This document shows positions 20,703 through 32,417 of a stretch of 56,296 bases of DNA, piece after piece; position 1 is the stretch's first letter; every line of letters begins with the position of its first letter. The notes beneath the pieces were generated by a model. It worked only from the letters and a program-made list of their open reading frames with translations. It made no database searches and was not told the origin of the DNA. Location: positions 206,152 through 262,447 of the forward strand of contig BLSG01000235.1 in assembly GCA_012862495.1 (NCBI GenBank). The letters are read 5' to 3'. A program made the position numbers and the translations under genes. Source of the DNA: Thraustochytrium aureum. Taxonomy: Eukaryota.

Positions 20703-22028
20703 CGCGAGCAAACCGGAGGCAGACTCCAGGCCCAAGTGCCGTTTCGGCGCAAGCTGCCGGTGCCTCCTGCCCTCGCGGCGTTTGACTCGGAGCGAGGGCA
20801 AGAGCTTTTCGCTAAAGGCCTGGCCGCAGGCACGATGAAGTGCTATTTTAGCCTGGCGCAGCAGTTTCGGACGCAGGACGAGCCGGCGTACTGCGGCGTC
20901 TCGACGCTCGTCATGGTGCTCAACGCCCTCAACGTGGACAGCGGCAAGATTTGGAAGGGGCCTTGGCGCTGGTACCACGAAGACATGCTGGACTGCTGCC
21001 TCCCGCTCGAGAAGGTGCGCGAGTCGGGCATATCCCTTCCAGAGTGGATTTGCCTCGCCAAGTGCAATGGGGCTCAAATCAAGCGCTTCCTCCCGGGCGG
21101 CGGGACGCTGGACGAGTTTCGTGATCTCGTGCGCTCGAGTTCCAAGCAGGCCTCGAGCGACCAAGCGCTGGTGCTCTCCTACTCGCGCAAGCACCTGCAG
21201 CAGACCGGGGACGGGCACTTTTCTCCGATGGGAGGCTATTGCGAGGAAGAAGACGCCCTCCTGATCCTCGACGTCGCAAGGTTCAAGTACCCGGCGCACT
21301 GGGTCAAGGTTGAGGACGCCTGGAAAGCGATGCAGCTGCCGGACCCCTCGACGGGCCGGCCGCGCGGCTGTGTCTTGCTTGCCCCCTCCACCTTGAACAG
21401 CACCATCGTGTTTAGCTTTCGCACGCGCGCAGAGGACTGGCGCGCATTGCGCGGGTTCCTCTCCACGCTTCGTGACAAGCTCTCCAAGCCGAATGCTCTT
21501 TGCACAGACCCGACTTGCGTCTCAGGGGAGTGCGCCATGCTGAAGGACGAGTCGCTGTCAATGAAGGAGCGCGTCGTGCGGTGCTTCTTCAGCTGCCTGC
21601 CGCCGCAGCTGCAGGGCATACTGGCGAGCATTGACAACGGAGAGGCGTTTGGTTCGCTCCCATACCGCCCTCGTGACCATGAGTTGGCGATGGAGTCAAT
21701 CAAGTCCGAGCTCGAATCGCTTGAAACGATGCGGGTTGTGCGGGAAGCGCTTGAAGCGCTCTCGCTCAAGTCGCAGGACCCACTCTTGTCGTGCGCCTTG
21801 CTTCTGGCTTTACCGAGTGAGCTTCTTGGCGGCCTGAACCGCGTCGCGTTTGCAGAGTTGCAAGACGTCTCGATGTGTTCGCAGCTGGTCCGAGACGAGG
21901 TCGGCACGCTGACTCGCCAGATTCGCACAATGCTCGACCCGGAGGACAGCTCTATTGAAGGGCTCACGATGAGCTGCTTTGAGCTGTCGACGTGTGAGAG
22001 GGCCGACGAGGGCCCGAAGGCGGCGTAG
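20703..22028 (+). CDS. PCS1: Phytochelatin synthase (glutathione gamma-glutamylcysteinyltransferase); start in or before the gap
   Basis: FRTQDEPAYCG (catalytic Cys), WKGPWRWY, MLDCC, QTGDGHFSP (His), LILDVARFKYPAHWV (Asp), plus a Cys-containing C-terminal extension. Confidence 0.95.
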   Translation, partial: REQTGGRLQAQVPFRRKLPVPPALAAFDSERGQELFAKGLAAGTMKCYFSLAQQFRTQDEPAYCGVSTLVMVLNALNVDSGKIWKGPWRWYHEDMLDCCLPLEKVRESGISLPEWICLAKCNGAQIKRFLPGGGTLDEFRDLVRSSSKQASSDQALVLSYSRKHLQQTGDGHFSPMGGYCEEEDALLILDVARFKYPAHWVKVEDAWKAMQLPDPSTGRPRGCVLLAPSTLNSTIVFSFRTRAEDWRALRGFLSTLRDKLSKPNALCTDPTCVSGECAMLKDESLSMKERVVRCFFSCLPPQLQGILASIDNGEAFGSLPYRPRDHELAMESIKSELESLETMRVVREALEALSLKSQDPLLSCALLLALPSELLGGLNRVAFAELQDVSMCSQLVRDEVGTLTRQIRTMLDPEDSSIEGLTMSCFELSTCERADEGPKAA

Positions 22029-22125
22029 ACGTGGTTGGTGTTTTCCCGAACGAAAAGGGCTAGGCCCACCGAAACTTTCTTTTTCACAGTGTCTTCTAGT
22101 AGCTAGTATTGACGCTCGCGCTCGG

Positions 22126-22172
22126 CTGGGGGCGCGCCGTTCAGGATCTGGGGGCGCGCCGTTCAGGATCTG
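22126..22172. repeat. 22-bp tandem duplication
   Basis: CTGGGGGCGCGCCGTTCAGGAT twice, between convergent genes. Confidence 0.85.
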
Positions 22173-22352
22173 GGCGCGGCGCCTGCATGCAACACTCTGG
22201 CCCGGAGCAAGAGTCGGCGGAAGCAGCGTGGAGGCCGGCCACTTGGGGAAACAGCACGCCTCCGGTGAGGTGTCTGATTTCTCGCACTGGAAACCGAACG
22301 GCTGTCGAGATGCGACGCGATGCCGTGCCGGGCACGGGCGACAGGGCAACAT

Positions 22353-23363
22353 TTACACGGCTTCGTCGTCGTCCTCGGTCTTGAGGGGGGAGAACGCCGG
22401 CCCATCTTTGCCCTTGCCACCCATCTCCATCTGCTTGGTCGCAGGGTTGCTCTGCGTGACCGCCGACATCTTGACAACCTGCTGGTAGGCCACACCGCCG
22501 CTGACGCAGACGATGAGCCAGAAGATGCCCATAGGCGCGGCGTGGTACTCCCAGAGGAGCGTGTTGCAGGCGATGGAGAGGAACTTGCAGACGATGCCGA
22601 GCACCGAAAACGCGGTGGCCTGGAGCATCTTGCGAGCGTTGAGTCCAAAGTAGCTGATCGAGATGCCAAAGACGCACGAGACGATCACTGCGACGAGGCT
22701 CTGCGAGTCCTCCGCGGTGAGCTCGTCAAGGGCGGCGAACACGACGCGGAATTCGCCGGTGAGCAAGGCAAAGAAGGGGTACAGGGCGCTGGCGATCAGG
22801 TTGTTGTACAGCACGAGACCCCACGGGGTGAGCTCGACGTCGGTCACGACCTTCTTCACCAGCACGGTATCCACCACCATGGAGAACACGTAGGCAGCGC
22901 CCCAAAAGTATGCGGTAAGCGAAAAGTTGCTGTCCACGCTGACGTACCCGATCGAGCCGATTACGATGATGATCAGGGTGGCAAAGACGCGTTTGTTCGG
23001 GAGCGGGGTGCCCAGCGCGAACGACTCGGCGAAGGTGGTGAACAGTGGCACTAAACTGCGAAGCACGATGAACGTGTCCACATTGGCGTGCTGCAGGAGC
23101 TTCATGTTGCAGGCGATAGCGACAAAGAAGATGAGGCACGCCGGGGAGAACGCCTTGACCTTCTTCCACTGCAGCGCGTCCACCTCGACCAGGCCGAGCT
23201 TGCCGACGAGTGCGGCCACCATCCACGACACGGTAAGCTGCACAAAGGTCAGCGAGCTCGAGTAGGGCCACTTGAGCAGCGCCCACTTGTTGATAATCAC
23301 CAAGCTGCTGCTGCTAATGGCGTACCCAACGCCAATGAACACGATTTGCGCAAGCGACACCAT
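22353..23363 (-). CDS. Golgi nucleotide-sugar transporter (GDP-mannose/GDP-fucose, GONST/SLC35-like)
   Basis: SSLVIINKWAL, NMKLLQHANVDTFIVLRSLVP, WGLVLYNNL, and ATAFSVLGIVCK (variant of the GxxNK GDP-sugar motif); multiple TM segments. Confidence 0.9.
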   Translation of the reverse strand: MVSLAQIVFIGVGYAISSSSLVIINKWALLKWPYSSSLTFVQLTVSWMVAALVGKLGLVEVDALQWKKVKAFSPACLIFFVAIACNMKLLQHANVDTFIVLRSLVPLFTTFAESFALGTPLPNKRVFATLIIIVIGSIGYVSVDSNFSLTAYFWGAAYVFSMVVDTVLVKKVVTDVELTPWGLVLYNNLIASALYPFFALLTGEFRVVFAALDELTAEDSQSLVAVIVSCVFGISISYFGLNARKMLQATAFSVLGIVCKFLSIACNTLLWEYHAAPMGIFWLIVCVSGGVAYQQVVKMSAVTQSNPATKQMEMGGKGKDGPAFSPLKTEDDDEAV

Positions 23364-24583
23364 CTTGCCTCTCTCGGACTCCCGCCTGTGCCTAACGCCT
23401 TCAGCTCCTGCTCGCCCGTGCGCGCTCCTGCTGCTTGCTCCTTTCGCTCTGCCGATGCGCAACTGGCTGGCTGGTGGCCCACTCGCTGGCGTGGAGACAG
23501 CCTGCGGAAACAGGATTGAAGGGGTAGTATGGAACTATACCCCAGAAAAGCACCGCAATACATTGAGTGCAATGAACATTAAATACAGATGGATTGGCTC
23601 ATCAAAATTGCCGATATTTTATTAAGATTAGCCTGGCATACACAAAATCGAATACTGTGGCGGCTGTTCGTTCGGAATGCCCGAATTCAATGAGAGACAA
23701 AGTATTACAGATAACATGAGAGTAAGATCATAACTTTAAATTTTGGGGAATAAATTGACCCTTGTCGGACATTTTGACCCTTTGGCGACACCATGCAGTC
23801 CAAGTACCTCGTGGCCTCCTCGTCGCCCCGCAGCCTGACGAGTGGACTTGGATGGGATCCTGCTGCTCGAGTACGGTAGGTACTCTACCCTTACACGGGC
23901 CCTCCCTCCTCGACTGAACCACGCTCACTCGCGCGCCACATCAGGAATCGAAAGTTCGTGGTGGTGCATCGTGTTGAGCTCACACCTTCAGCTCCGCAAT
24001 GGCCATCTGCCAATCCCACATCACGTAGCGAAGCAGCTCTGGCAGCTCTGGCAGCTCACCAGACTCGGACGCACCTGTTCCCACTGGCATGGCACCGCCT
24101 GCTCAAGTTGAATCCTCGAGCTCGCACGAGTTCCGATCAGGGAATCCATCCATCCACCCATTCATCCTCGCGCAGAGCGCCTTGTGGCTTGCGCGCCCGT
24201 CAGCCAACCCGTGCAACGTGCCACTCACTGGCCGCAGGCGCCACCGGCACAGCTCGGCACCAGCGCAACGCGGCCCGAAAGTGATGCGTGTCCTCGGTCG
24301 CGTTGCATCGCCCGCAACAAGGGGAATCTGGTGTCGTCCCGGGTCGGACGGCCTGACTGGACACGAAGCCACACGACCTCGACGCGTGAGAACAGCGCAG
24401 TACTCACCCTACCCGCTCGAGAGCATCCGGCCACCAAGGCCCGCCGCACTTGGCAGTGGAGGAAGCGCAGAGCTTGATCGCAAGGCCCGCTTGAGCTAAG
24501 GCGAGGCGGCGATCGCGCGATCTCGCGAGGGCCAAGCCGCACCTGGCAGACGAGTCGCTTTGCTCAAAGGTGTCGTCGGCGAG

Positions 24584-25351
24584 ATGAACGACCTCCAGCA
24601 GCGGCTTCGCGTGATCCAGGACAGGGACTGGACAAAGCCCAGCGGGATGCCGCTGTGGCCCGCTTTCGAGGCTGTCGTAATCAAGCTCCTGATGGAGTGG
24701 GACGTGATGAAAATGGCCGTGGAGGGCGGCTGGAGCGACGGAGACTCACTTTACGAGCGAGCCAAGGTGATCGACGACGCGCTCGCCAACTTTAGCCAGC
24801 GCGCCGCGCACCGGACGCTCGTAGAGCCCATTGAAGTCAACACGTTCCTCGTTGGGAGCATGGACGATCGCTTCAACGCGGACATCGAGTTCAACACCGC
24901 CGCCTCCGTCTCGTCCATTCTGGTCAAGGTCTTTGACGAGGTTCGGCAGGGCAACACAACAGGTTTGCGGCAAATCCTCGGTGACGAGGTGTGCGAGGCG
25001 GTCACCGCGCATGGTGAGCCGTTTGCGATGGGCGGTGCAGGGCCGCCCGCTCCGCCGCCCGCGGTGTCGTATGAGGGCTCGAGTGCGCAAGTGCAGGCCC
25101 AGTCGAGCGCAGGGCCGGATGAGGACGGCTGGGAGACGGTTGCGAAGCCGCGAAGGTCGAAACGAGTTCAACAGCAGTATGTGGTTACTTCTACGCTCCA
25201 ACAAGACAGCCCCAACGCGGCGCAAGCTCAGCAGCAACAAATGCACCAAAACGGGCTGCAGCTACAGCAGTTCGGGCACCCGCAGCAGCAGCAGCAGCAG
25301 CAGCAGAGCGACGGCGACGGAGATGACTGCGAAATGGCCGACGACCTCTAA
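24584..25351 (+). CDS. TSR2: Pre-rRNA-processing protein TSR2 homolog with Gln-rich tail
   Basis: FEAVVIKLLMEWDVMKMAVEGGWS (WGG-type motif), MDDRFNADIE, and C-terminal DEDGWETVAKPRR. Confidence 0.75.
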   Translation: MNDLQQRLRVIQDRDWTKPSGMPLWPAFEAVVIKLLMEWDVMKMAVEGGWSDGDSLYERAKVIDDALANFSQRAAHRTLVEPIEVNTFLVGSMDDRFNADIEFNTAASVSSILVKVFDEVRQGNTTGLRQILGDEVCEAVTAHGEPFAMGGAGPPAPPPAVSYEGSSAQVQAQSSAGPDEDGWETVAKPRRSKRVQQQYVVTSTLQQDSPNAAQAQQQQMHQNGLQLQQFGHPQQQQQQQQSDGDGDDCEMADDL

Positions 25352-25395
25352 GGCCTCTGACGGCCTCTAGGATGGCCAAGCGGGTGCAGCAGGTC

Positions 25396-26761
25396 TCACA
25401 ATTCGGAGTGATCTCGAATGGAAACCTCGACAAACTGGTCCGGGCCCCACTTCGGGTCTGCGATCCATGTCGTCAGCGTCGCACCGATATCGGGATCGTC
25501 AAATTCAAAGCGGTGCGTCTCAAAGGTCTCGATGCGGCGCTCCTCGTCCACGTCAATGACGCCCTGCGGGACCCGCTCGTCCCCGTTGCGCCAGAAGATG
25601 CTGATGGGGACCCCCTGCTTGTTGGCGAACGTGACCGTGACAGCCTCGAGTTCACTCGTGTCGCTAGCGATGTCAAGCAGCATCGCCTGCGTCTCAGAGT
25701 CCAGCTCGAGCGGCGCATGCAACGCCTGGTAGTTTTCCTTGAGTTGCGGCGGGTTCGAAGTCCCAGTCACGAGTGCAACCCCAAGGCCAGCAACGAACGA
25801 GTGGAGAAGAAACGCGGCGGAGACGCCTAATTCGGCGGCCTTGTCCACAACGCGAGGGTGCTGAAGAACCTCGCGGTTGCTGCCTACCACGCCGTACGCC
25901 TGAATCTGGATGCCGTGCTGTTTGCACAAGGTGCGGAGCGGCTCGAGCCAGCGGTCTTTGGCCTCCAGGCGAATCTGCAGGATGTGCGGCAAGACCTTGG
26001 CCGTTTCCAGGAGTTGGGAAAGCTGCTCAAGGTTGAGGTTGCTCCACCCGATGTAGTGCACGTGGCCGGCCTTGTACAAGAGCTCGCAGATGCGCCACGC
26101 CTCCAGCTCAAACCTCTCGGTCAAGTCGCGCGCTATCGGGCCATGGATCAACAAGGCGTCGATCTGGCCCAGCTTTTCTATAGACTGCTCAAAACTCAAC
26201 AAGACCTGCTTGCGCACCTCGAGGTCCACCGGGATCGGGCTGGTGGGGTTGTCCTGGTGCGCCGGAAACGTAAACTTGGTTTGCTTGAAGATGCGCTTTG
26301 CTGAGGGCTTCGCGTTGTATGTGGCGAGCGCCTGGGCGACGGCGGCTTCGTCGTAGTGCTTGGGCTGGTTGGCGGTGTCAACTGCCTCGAAGCCGATGCC
26401 GATCGCGCTGAGCGTTCGCGCGAGCGTCGCCTCGCCCTTCCAGGCGGTCCCAAACAGCAGCAAAGGCAACTCAGGCTTTGTCGACTCCTCGGGGCCCTTG
26501 CCTCGCTCTCCTCTCGCTGCCTCGGTCTCCTCGGCAGTGTCAACCGCACTTGGGCCGCGTTGACGAGAGCCCTTCTTCTTCTTCGTTTCTGCCGGCGCCT
26601 CGATCCGCGTCGGCGTCTCCAACTGTATCGGCGCCTCGGTCGGCGTCGGCGTCTCTACCTTGATCCTCCCCTCGGTCCGCGTCTGCGTCCTGCCCTCAAC
26701 CTCCCCAGCGGACACCTCGACGACCTCCCCTTCCGGGCATCCTGCTCTGCAGCCGAGCGCA
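25396..26761 (-). CDS. Aldo-keto reductase with C-terminal VHL-beta-like domain and HSEL terminus; N-terminus in gap
   Basis: FGTAWK, VDTANQPKHYDE (Asp, Tyr), QTKFT (Lys), LLIHGP (His), YIGWSN, IQIQAY; then VTVTFANKQGVPISIFWRN...IETFETHRFEF; ends RDHSEL*. Confidence 0.85.
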
Positions 26762-27656
26762 NNNNNNNNNNNNNNNNNNNNNNNNNNNNNNNNNNNNNNN
26801 NNNNNNNNNNNNNNNNNNNNNNNNNNNNNNNNNNNNNNNNNNNNNNNNNNNNNNNNNNNNNNNNNNNNNNNNNNNNNNNNNNNNNNNNNNNNNNNNNNNN
26901 NNNNNNNNNNNNNNNNNNNNNNNNNNNNNNNNNNNNNNNNNNNNNNNNNNNNNNNNNNNNNNNNNNNNNNNNNNNNNNNNNNNNNNNNNNNNNNNNNNNN
27001 NNNNNNNNNNNNNNNNNNNNNNNNNNNNNNGCATCGCCCATGCACCGCGAGCGCGTCCTACCGATCAATCCTGGTCTTGCACTCGAACGCTGCGCGCCAG
27101 GGCTTGTAGGACTGCGCGCCAGGGCTTGAAGGACTGCGAGCCTCTCGATGCCCGCCCGCGGCTCTGTTCACACGACCTCCTCCGCGCCCACCAAACAAAC
27201 AGCTCTCCCACAGATCTTGATCAAGAACTCTTGTCTTTCAAGACTTGTCGATTGCCATGAACTGCCCGCGCCGCGAGCGAGAGCTGTTCTGCTGCTGCCT
27301 GCCGCGCGGCGATGAGCGCTGCTGCGGGCCAGTGCGCGCCCGGCACGGCTTTGCCGCGGTCGGCACCTCTGCGGTGCTCTTGCGCAGAGCGAACGTGGCG
27401 CTGGACGTGTTGAGGCGGCCGCCGCGCGAGTCGCCTCGTCGACTCTGGAGGACAGGACAGGGTCGTCGAGGAAGCGAGTACGTACCGCGGCACGCGCTCT
27501 GCCGCAAAGATGCATTGACGCGCTCTGGCGATCCTGCGTGCCAGCGAGGCGCGTCGATCATCGAGTCAATCTTGATTGAAAGAAAAACTGAACAAAAACG
27601 TTCACGGAAGGGACAGCTCGAAAGCGACGTCCAAGAGACGCCCAACTCGCGCGTGG

Positions 27657-27716
27657 GCAAGCAGGCAGACAGACAGGCAGACAGGCAGGCAAGCAAGCAA
27701 GCAAGCAAGCAGGCAG
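27657..27716. repeat. Compound GCAG/GACA/GCAA microsatellite
   Basis: Visible tetranucleotide runs between divergent genes. Confidence 0.85.
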
Positions 27717-28081
27717 ATGTCCCAGCGACGCCCGCTTGGTCCCGCATCGCCCGCCATCGAGCATCGACCTTGATTTGATTGATCAAGAAAAGAACAAAAT
27801 GTTCACAAAATACAAGCACATCGAAAACGACCCCAGGAGACACTCAACTCAACTCGCGCGCGGGCAGGCAGCAGGCAGGCAGGCAAGCAGGCAAGCAGGC
27901 AAGCGGGCAGGCCTCGCAGGTGAGCGCCGGCAGGACGGCGAGCAGGAGAGTAGAGCTCTACGTACACGTGGCAGCGTTTGTCTCAGGCCTGGCTATTCGT
28001 TCTGCTGGTCTGGCCTGTGCCCGGTTTGGGTGGTTTTGACGCGGGTCGTGCGTGAACTCGCGACCGCGAAACGGACGCGCG

Positions 28082-28893
28082 ATGGCGGACGAGGCTGTGG
28101 CGGCGCCCGGGAGGAAGAGGGAGCGGAAGGGAGCGGAACGCAAGGCCTCCGCGAAACGGGCCCACGTGAAGGGCGCGAGGGCCGCCGGCAAGTCGGAGGG
28201 GACAGCAAGACCGAGGCCTCCGCGCAAGCAGCCACGCCGGACGGAGGACTCGGACGACTCGGAGGACGATGGCAAGGTTGTCGACAGGAGCAAGGAAGGC
28301 GAGAGTGACAGTGAGGCGAGCGAGCAGGGCGTCCCTGTAGACATGTACAGCTCCAAAATTCGCTACAGGCTGCAAGAGCTCGCCAACGAGCGGCCGCCCG
28401 GGCGGCCCGCCGAGGCCGGCGAGAAACAAGGTGAAGGCTCCGAGGACGAGGACGAGGACAGCGACGAGGAGCTCGACGAAGAGATGGCCGCCGCGCTCAA
28501 GGGCCCCCTGGCGGACCTGGTGCCAACACGCGGAAACGCTCTGCGCTGCAAGCATTGCCCAAACTGCTCGTGTCGCAGTCCGACGCGATCAGCCACCTCC
28601 GAAGCAAAGGCCACAGGCGCAACTTCAAAAAGTCCAAGCTCACGAGCCTGACGCTGGACCAGCTCGAGGCGCGCCGTGCCAAACAACAAGCCAAGTCAAA
28701 GCGACGTCGCGAGGCGATGTCTGATGAGCGCAAGGCCGAGCTCGCCAAGCGCAAGGAGTCGATGCTGGAGCGCAAGCGCAAGCGCGCCGAAGACCTCACC
28801 CCGGAGCAGATCGCCCAGCGCAAGGAGCGCTTCCGCCTGAAAAAGGAGCGTCGCCTCGCGCGCAAGGGCGGCGCCGCCGCGCCCAACCCATGA
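28082..28893 (+). CDS. Charged low-complexity protein with a C2H2 zinc finger (nuclear/nucleolar-like); frameshift near 28560
   Basis: Joining frames gives LRCKHCP-KLLVSQSDAISHLRSKGH (C2H2, U1/dsRNA-type), with acidic blocks and a Lys/Arg-rich tail. Confidence 0.75.
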
Positions 28894-29116
28894 CGGCCCG
28901 CCTCGCCTCGCAAGCTAGTTAGCTAGAAAAACCGCCCGCTGTCGCACCTACCCGCCATGTCCGCCCGCCCGCCAGCCGCGCCAGCCCGAAGCCGCGCGCA
29001 AGACCAGCATCCAGGCATCGCTGCACATCAGAGTCAGGCGCCAAGGAAGCGATGTCCCGTGTCCGACCAGCCCGTGGCAGCCCAAGACCACCCAAACCAC
29101 CATCCAAGGCGCGGCG

Positions 29117-29148
<32 letters not shown>

Positions 29149-29387
29149 TAGAGCAGCAGAGCAGCAGCGGCGGNNNNNNNNNNNNNNNNNNNNNNCGTGT
29201 TGAGAGGTGTGTTGATGGCAGGCAGCTAGGCAGGATGGCAGGCAGGCTGGTTGGTTGGTTGGCTGCGAGGCGGTTGGTTGTCGGGCAGCTTGCTCACGGT
29301 TGAGCAGAGCTTTTCGTTGCGCGCGCGGTTCGGTTGAAGGTGGGAGGGTGAGAGGCTAGCAGGATCAAGATCAAGGCCGCAAGCACC

Positions 29388-30640
29388 ATGAGCAGCCACG
29401 GAGAACACGGAGAACACAAGGCCGCAGACGACGGCCCAGTCCCTCTGGTCACAAAGTCGGCCACCAGCCCGAAGGCGGACGTGGCCGAGGCGGAGAGCGC
29501 CGCAGCCGATAGCGTTTTGGGTGGAAGCGCCGCAGACGCCAGCACGAGCGCGGAAAAGCCCCCCACGCAGCGCAAAGCCCGAGATGCCGAGGACGAGGAC
29601 GAGGACGACGATGACGACGACAACCGCCGCCGCCGCCGCTCGCGCTCGCGCTCGAACGATCGCCGATCCCGTTCGCGGTCGCGAAGCCCTGGCCGCGCGC
29701 GCGGCGGGGACAGCGGCGCTGGCGCCCCCCCGCGTATGGCTCCGCTGGGGATGCCCAAGCCGGTCGGGATGACGTCCGCGACGGAGACTGGCGCTGCGAG
29801 AAGTGCGGCACCAACTGCTTTCGCTCGCGCGCCACTTGCTTCAAGTGCCGCACGCCGAGGCCCGGCGCAGACCTGCGACCTGGGGACTGGGCCTGCACGC
29901 AATGCAACGTGAACAACTTTGCGCGCCGGTTCAACTGCTTCAAGTGCGGAGCGTACCGGCCGCAGCAGCCCGGTGCCGCTCCGTACCCCATGGTTCAGCA
30001 ACCCGTTGGCGTCATGCAGGCTGCGCCGTACGGCGCCGCGCCGCCGATGGGCGGTCCTATGGGCGGGTATGGAATGCAGGGGGGCGGTGCTCCCGCGCCT
30101 GGCGGCGGCGGCGCCGGGTTCAAGCCCGGAGACTGGACCTGTCCCGAGTGCAGCGCGCACGTGTTTGCCTGGCGCACGGAGTGCGTCAAGTGTCGCACGC
30201 CCAAGCCGGGCGGGATTGCCCCGCCGCCTGCCCCGGCCCAGATGTACCAGGGCTACGCGCCGGACTACGGTATGCAGTACGGGTGGTCGCCGCAAGTGAT
30301 GCCCGGGGGCCTCGCGCCAGGTGCCCCGCCGATGGGTGGGGGGGCACAGGGTGGATCTGGCTTTCGTGCTGGCGACTGGATGTGCGGGGCATGCCAGTCG
30401 CACAACTTTTCTTCGCGCAGCGCGTGCTTTCGGTGCCAAGCGCCAAAGCCCGGCGGCGCGTACGGGCATGGCGGTGGGTACGGAGCTCCCGCCGCTTATG
30501 GCGGCGGCGCAGGCGGCGGCCCCGCTGCTGGCGGGGGGCGCCACGAGGTTCGCGCCGGGGACTGGTCTTGCCCGTCATGCCAGGCCAACGTATTTGCTTC
30601 GCGGAGTGAGTGCTTCAAGTGCAAGACGCCAAAGCCGTAA
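29388..30640 (+). CDS. RS-rich protein with five RanBP2-type zinc fingers (RNA-binding); frameshift near the C7 run 29725-29731
   Basis: RRRRSRSRS...RSRSRSRSP, then DWRCEKCGTNCFRSRATCFKC, DWACTQC, DWTCPEC, DWMCGAC and DWSCPSC fingers with Gly/Tyr/Pro linkers. Confidence 0.9.
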
Positions 30641-30732
30641 GGTTTAGCAGCCGCTTTGCGCTGACAGCCGCCTTTGAGCGACGCACCACGAGGCTCTGTT
30701 TTTTCCGATTGAATCAAAACAAAACTCACTCA

Positions 30733-31350
30733 TTACTTGCAAAAATACTGCTTGAGGTGGTGGCTTCCTGGCTGCAAGGCCAGAGCCTCCTTGAGGTTGT
30801 TGTACTCGCGAAGCAAGGACGAGTAGCCCACACTGGCGCTCGCCCGTCTCGCCTTCGTGCGCTCTGGTGGCGGCGACGTCGACCTATTGCAGCGCAGCCG
30901 CTCCGTCCGCGCGCGGTGCAGCTTGCCACGGGGCATGGCCTCGCGCTTGGCTGGCTTGGGCGGCGGCTCCCTCTCTAGTGCGTCGTCTTGGCAAGTGATA
31001 GGTGCGGGAGCTGTTGCATCCCTCGGCTGCTGCCCCACACGCCGCAGCAGTTGCGCTTTGTAGCGGCGAAGCTCGCGGTCCACGATGGCGGCCTCCTCAT
31101 CTGTCTCTGTCAGCATGCCTTCGTGCACGCGAGGACGCACCACTACGCCGGTGTCTTGCGCGTCGGACCCGGCGGCGCTGCGCCAGAGCGCCTCGCTGAC
31201 GCCAGCGCGACTTGCGGGCCTGTTCATCGCGCTGTCTGCCGTTTCGCGTGCCGATTTGCTCTTCCGCACGTACGCTTCGCGGACGTTGGCCTCCCCGAAT
31301 ACGCTGCTCGCGCCGAACGCGACGACCCTTGCGCCGCGCTCACCCTCCAT
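30733..31350 (-). CDS. Hypothetical protein
   Basis: 205-aa ATG-initiated ORF convergent with the RanBP2 gene; protein-like composition, no recognised domain. Confidence 0.55.
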   Translation of the reverse strand: MEGERGARVVAFGASSVFGEANVREAYVRKSKSARETADSAMNRPASRAGVSEALWRSAAGSDAQDTGVVVRPRVHEGMLTETDEEAAIVDRELRRYKAQLLRRVGQQPRDATAPAPITCQDDALEREPPPKPAKREAMPRGKLHRARTERLRCNRSTSPPPERTKARRASASVGYSSLLREYNNLKEALALQPGSHHLKQYFCK

Positions 31351-32417
31351 GGTGCCGTGGGTTGTTACGAGGGGCTGATGGGGCAGCTTGACTGCCGTTC
31401 AAGGCGGCGAAGCGCAGTATCGGCGGCCCGAGCCGCGGTGCACTTTCGCCTGAGCACGGCGCCGAGTCGGCTCGCGGGAAGCCGTCACCGCCCCCAGCAG
31501 TCGTGCAGCCGTGCAGCCGCGTAGCTAGCCAGCCAGCCAGCCAGCCACCTCTAGAGCTCTAGAGTCAGCCAGCTAGCCTCGTGGCCTTTCTCCGGCGTGC
31601 GGCGCGGCGTGCCGGCCAGCGTGCGAGAGAGAGAAGGACAGGCCGCGACGCTGGTCAGCGCAGCACTGCCGCTTCGCGCTCACCTGTAGTAAGAAAGCGG
31701 GCCGCAACGAGGGCGCCGCAAGCCGTCAACGCGAGAGAGACCAGCAAAGTCCCTGCCGGGCGCAGCACGCAGCCTCGGCGCTTGGACGCACGGCTTCCAA
31801 GCCACCTCGAATTCCGTCTCGGTGTGCGTTGCACTCCTACTCCGACATCTGGATCGGAGCCGTTTCGGTCAGACAGAGGTCGCGCATGACATGGCCAAAA
31901 CGAGGTCTCAGCCTACCGGTTCAAGTACAGGACGCGCGTCTGGCCGATTGCAGCCNNNNNNNNNNNNNNNNNNNNNNNNNNNNNNNNNNNNNNNNNNNNN
32001 NNNNNNNNNNNNNNNNNNNNNNNNNNNNNNNNNNNNNNNNNNNNNNNNNNNNNNNNNNNNNNNNNNNNNNNNNNNNNNNNNNNNNNNNNNNNNNNNNNNN
32101 NNNNNNNNNNNNNNNNNNNNNNNNNNNNNNNNNNNNNNNNNNNNNNNNNNNNNNNNNNNNNNNNNNNNNNNNNNNNNNNNNNNNNNNNNNNNTTTGCGGC
32201 CGCGCGGCCGGCGTGGCGAGCAGGCCCGGCTCGACCTTGTTTCACAGCGTTTGTCCGCTTGCGCGGGTGCTTGTTGCACAGTCCTGGTGCGGTGAGAGCG
32301 CAAGGACTCCGGGGCGAAAGTTGATCTTTTGCGCTTCTTTGCGTTATCGTTTGTTCCTTTGTACAATGCGCGACGAGCGGCAGGGCGGGCAGAATGAATA
32401 TGCAACCTCTCGCGCGC

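Noticed and set aside
25752..25765. GGTTCGAAGTCCC resembling a tRNA T-arm
   Set aside because: It lies inside the AKR coding sequence and no cloverleaf is apparent.
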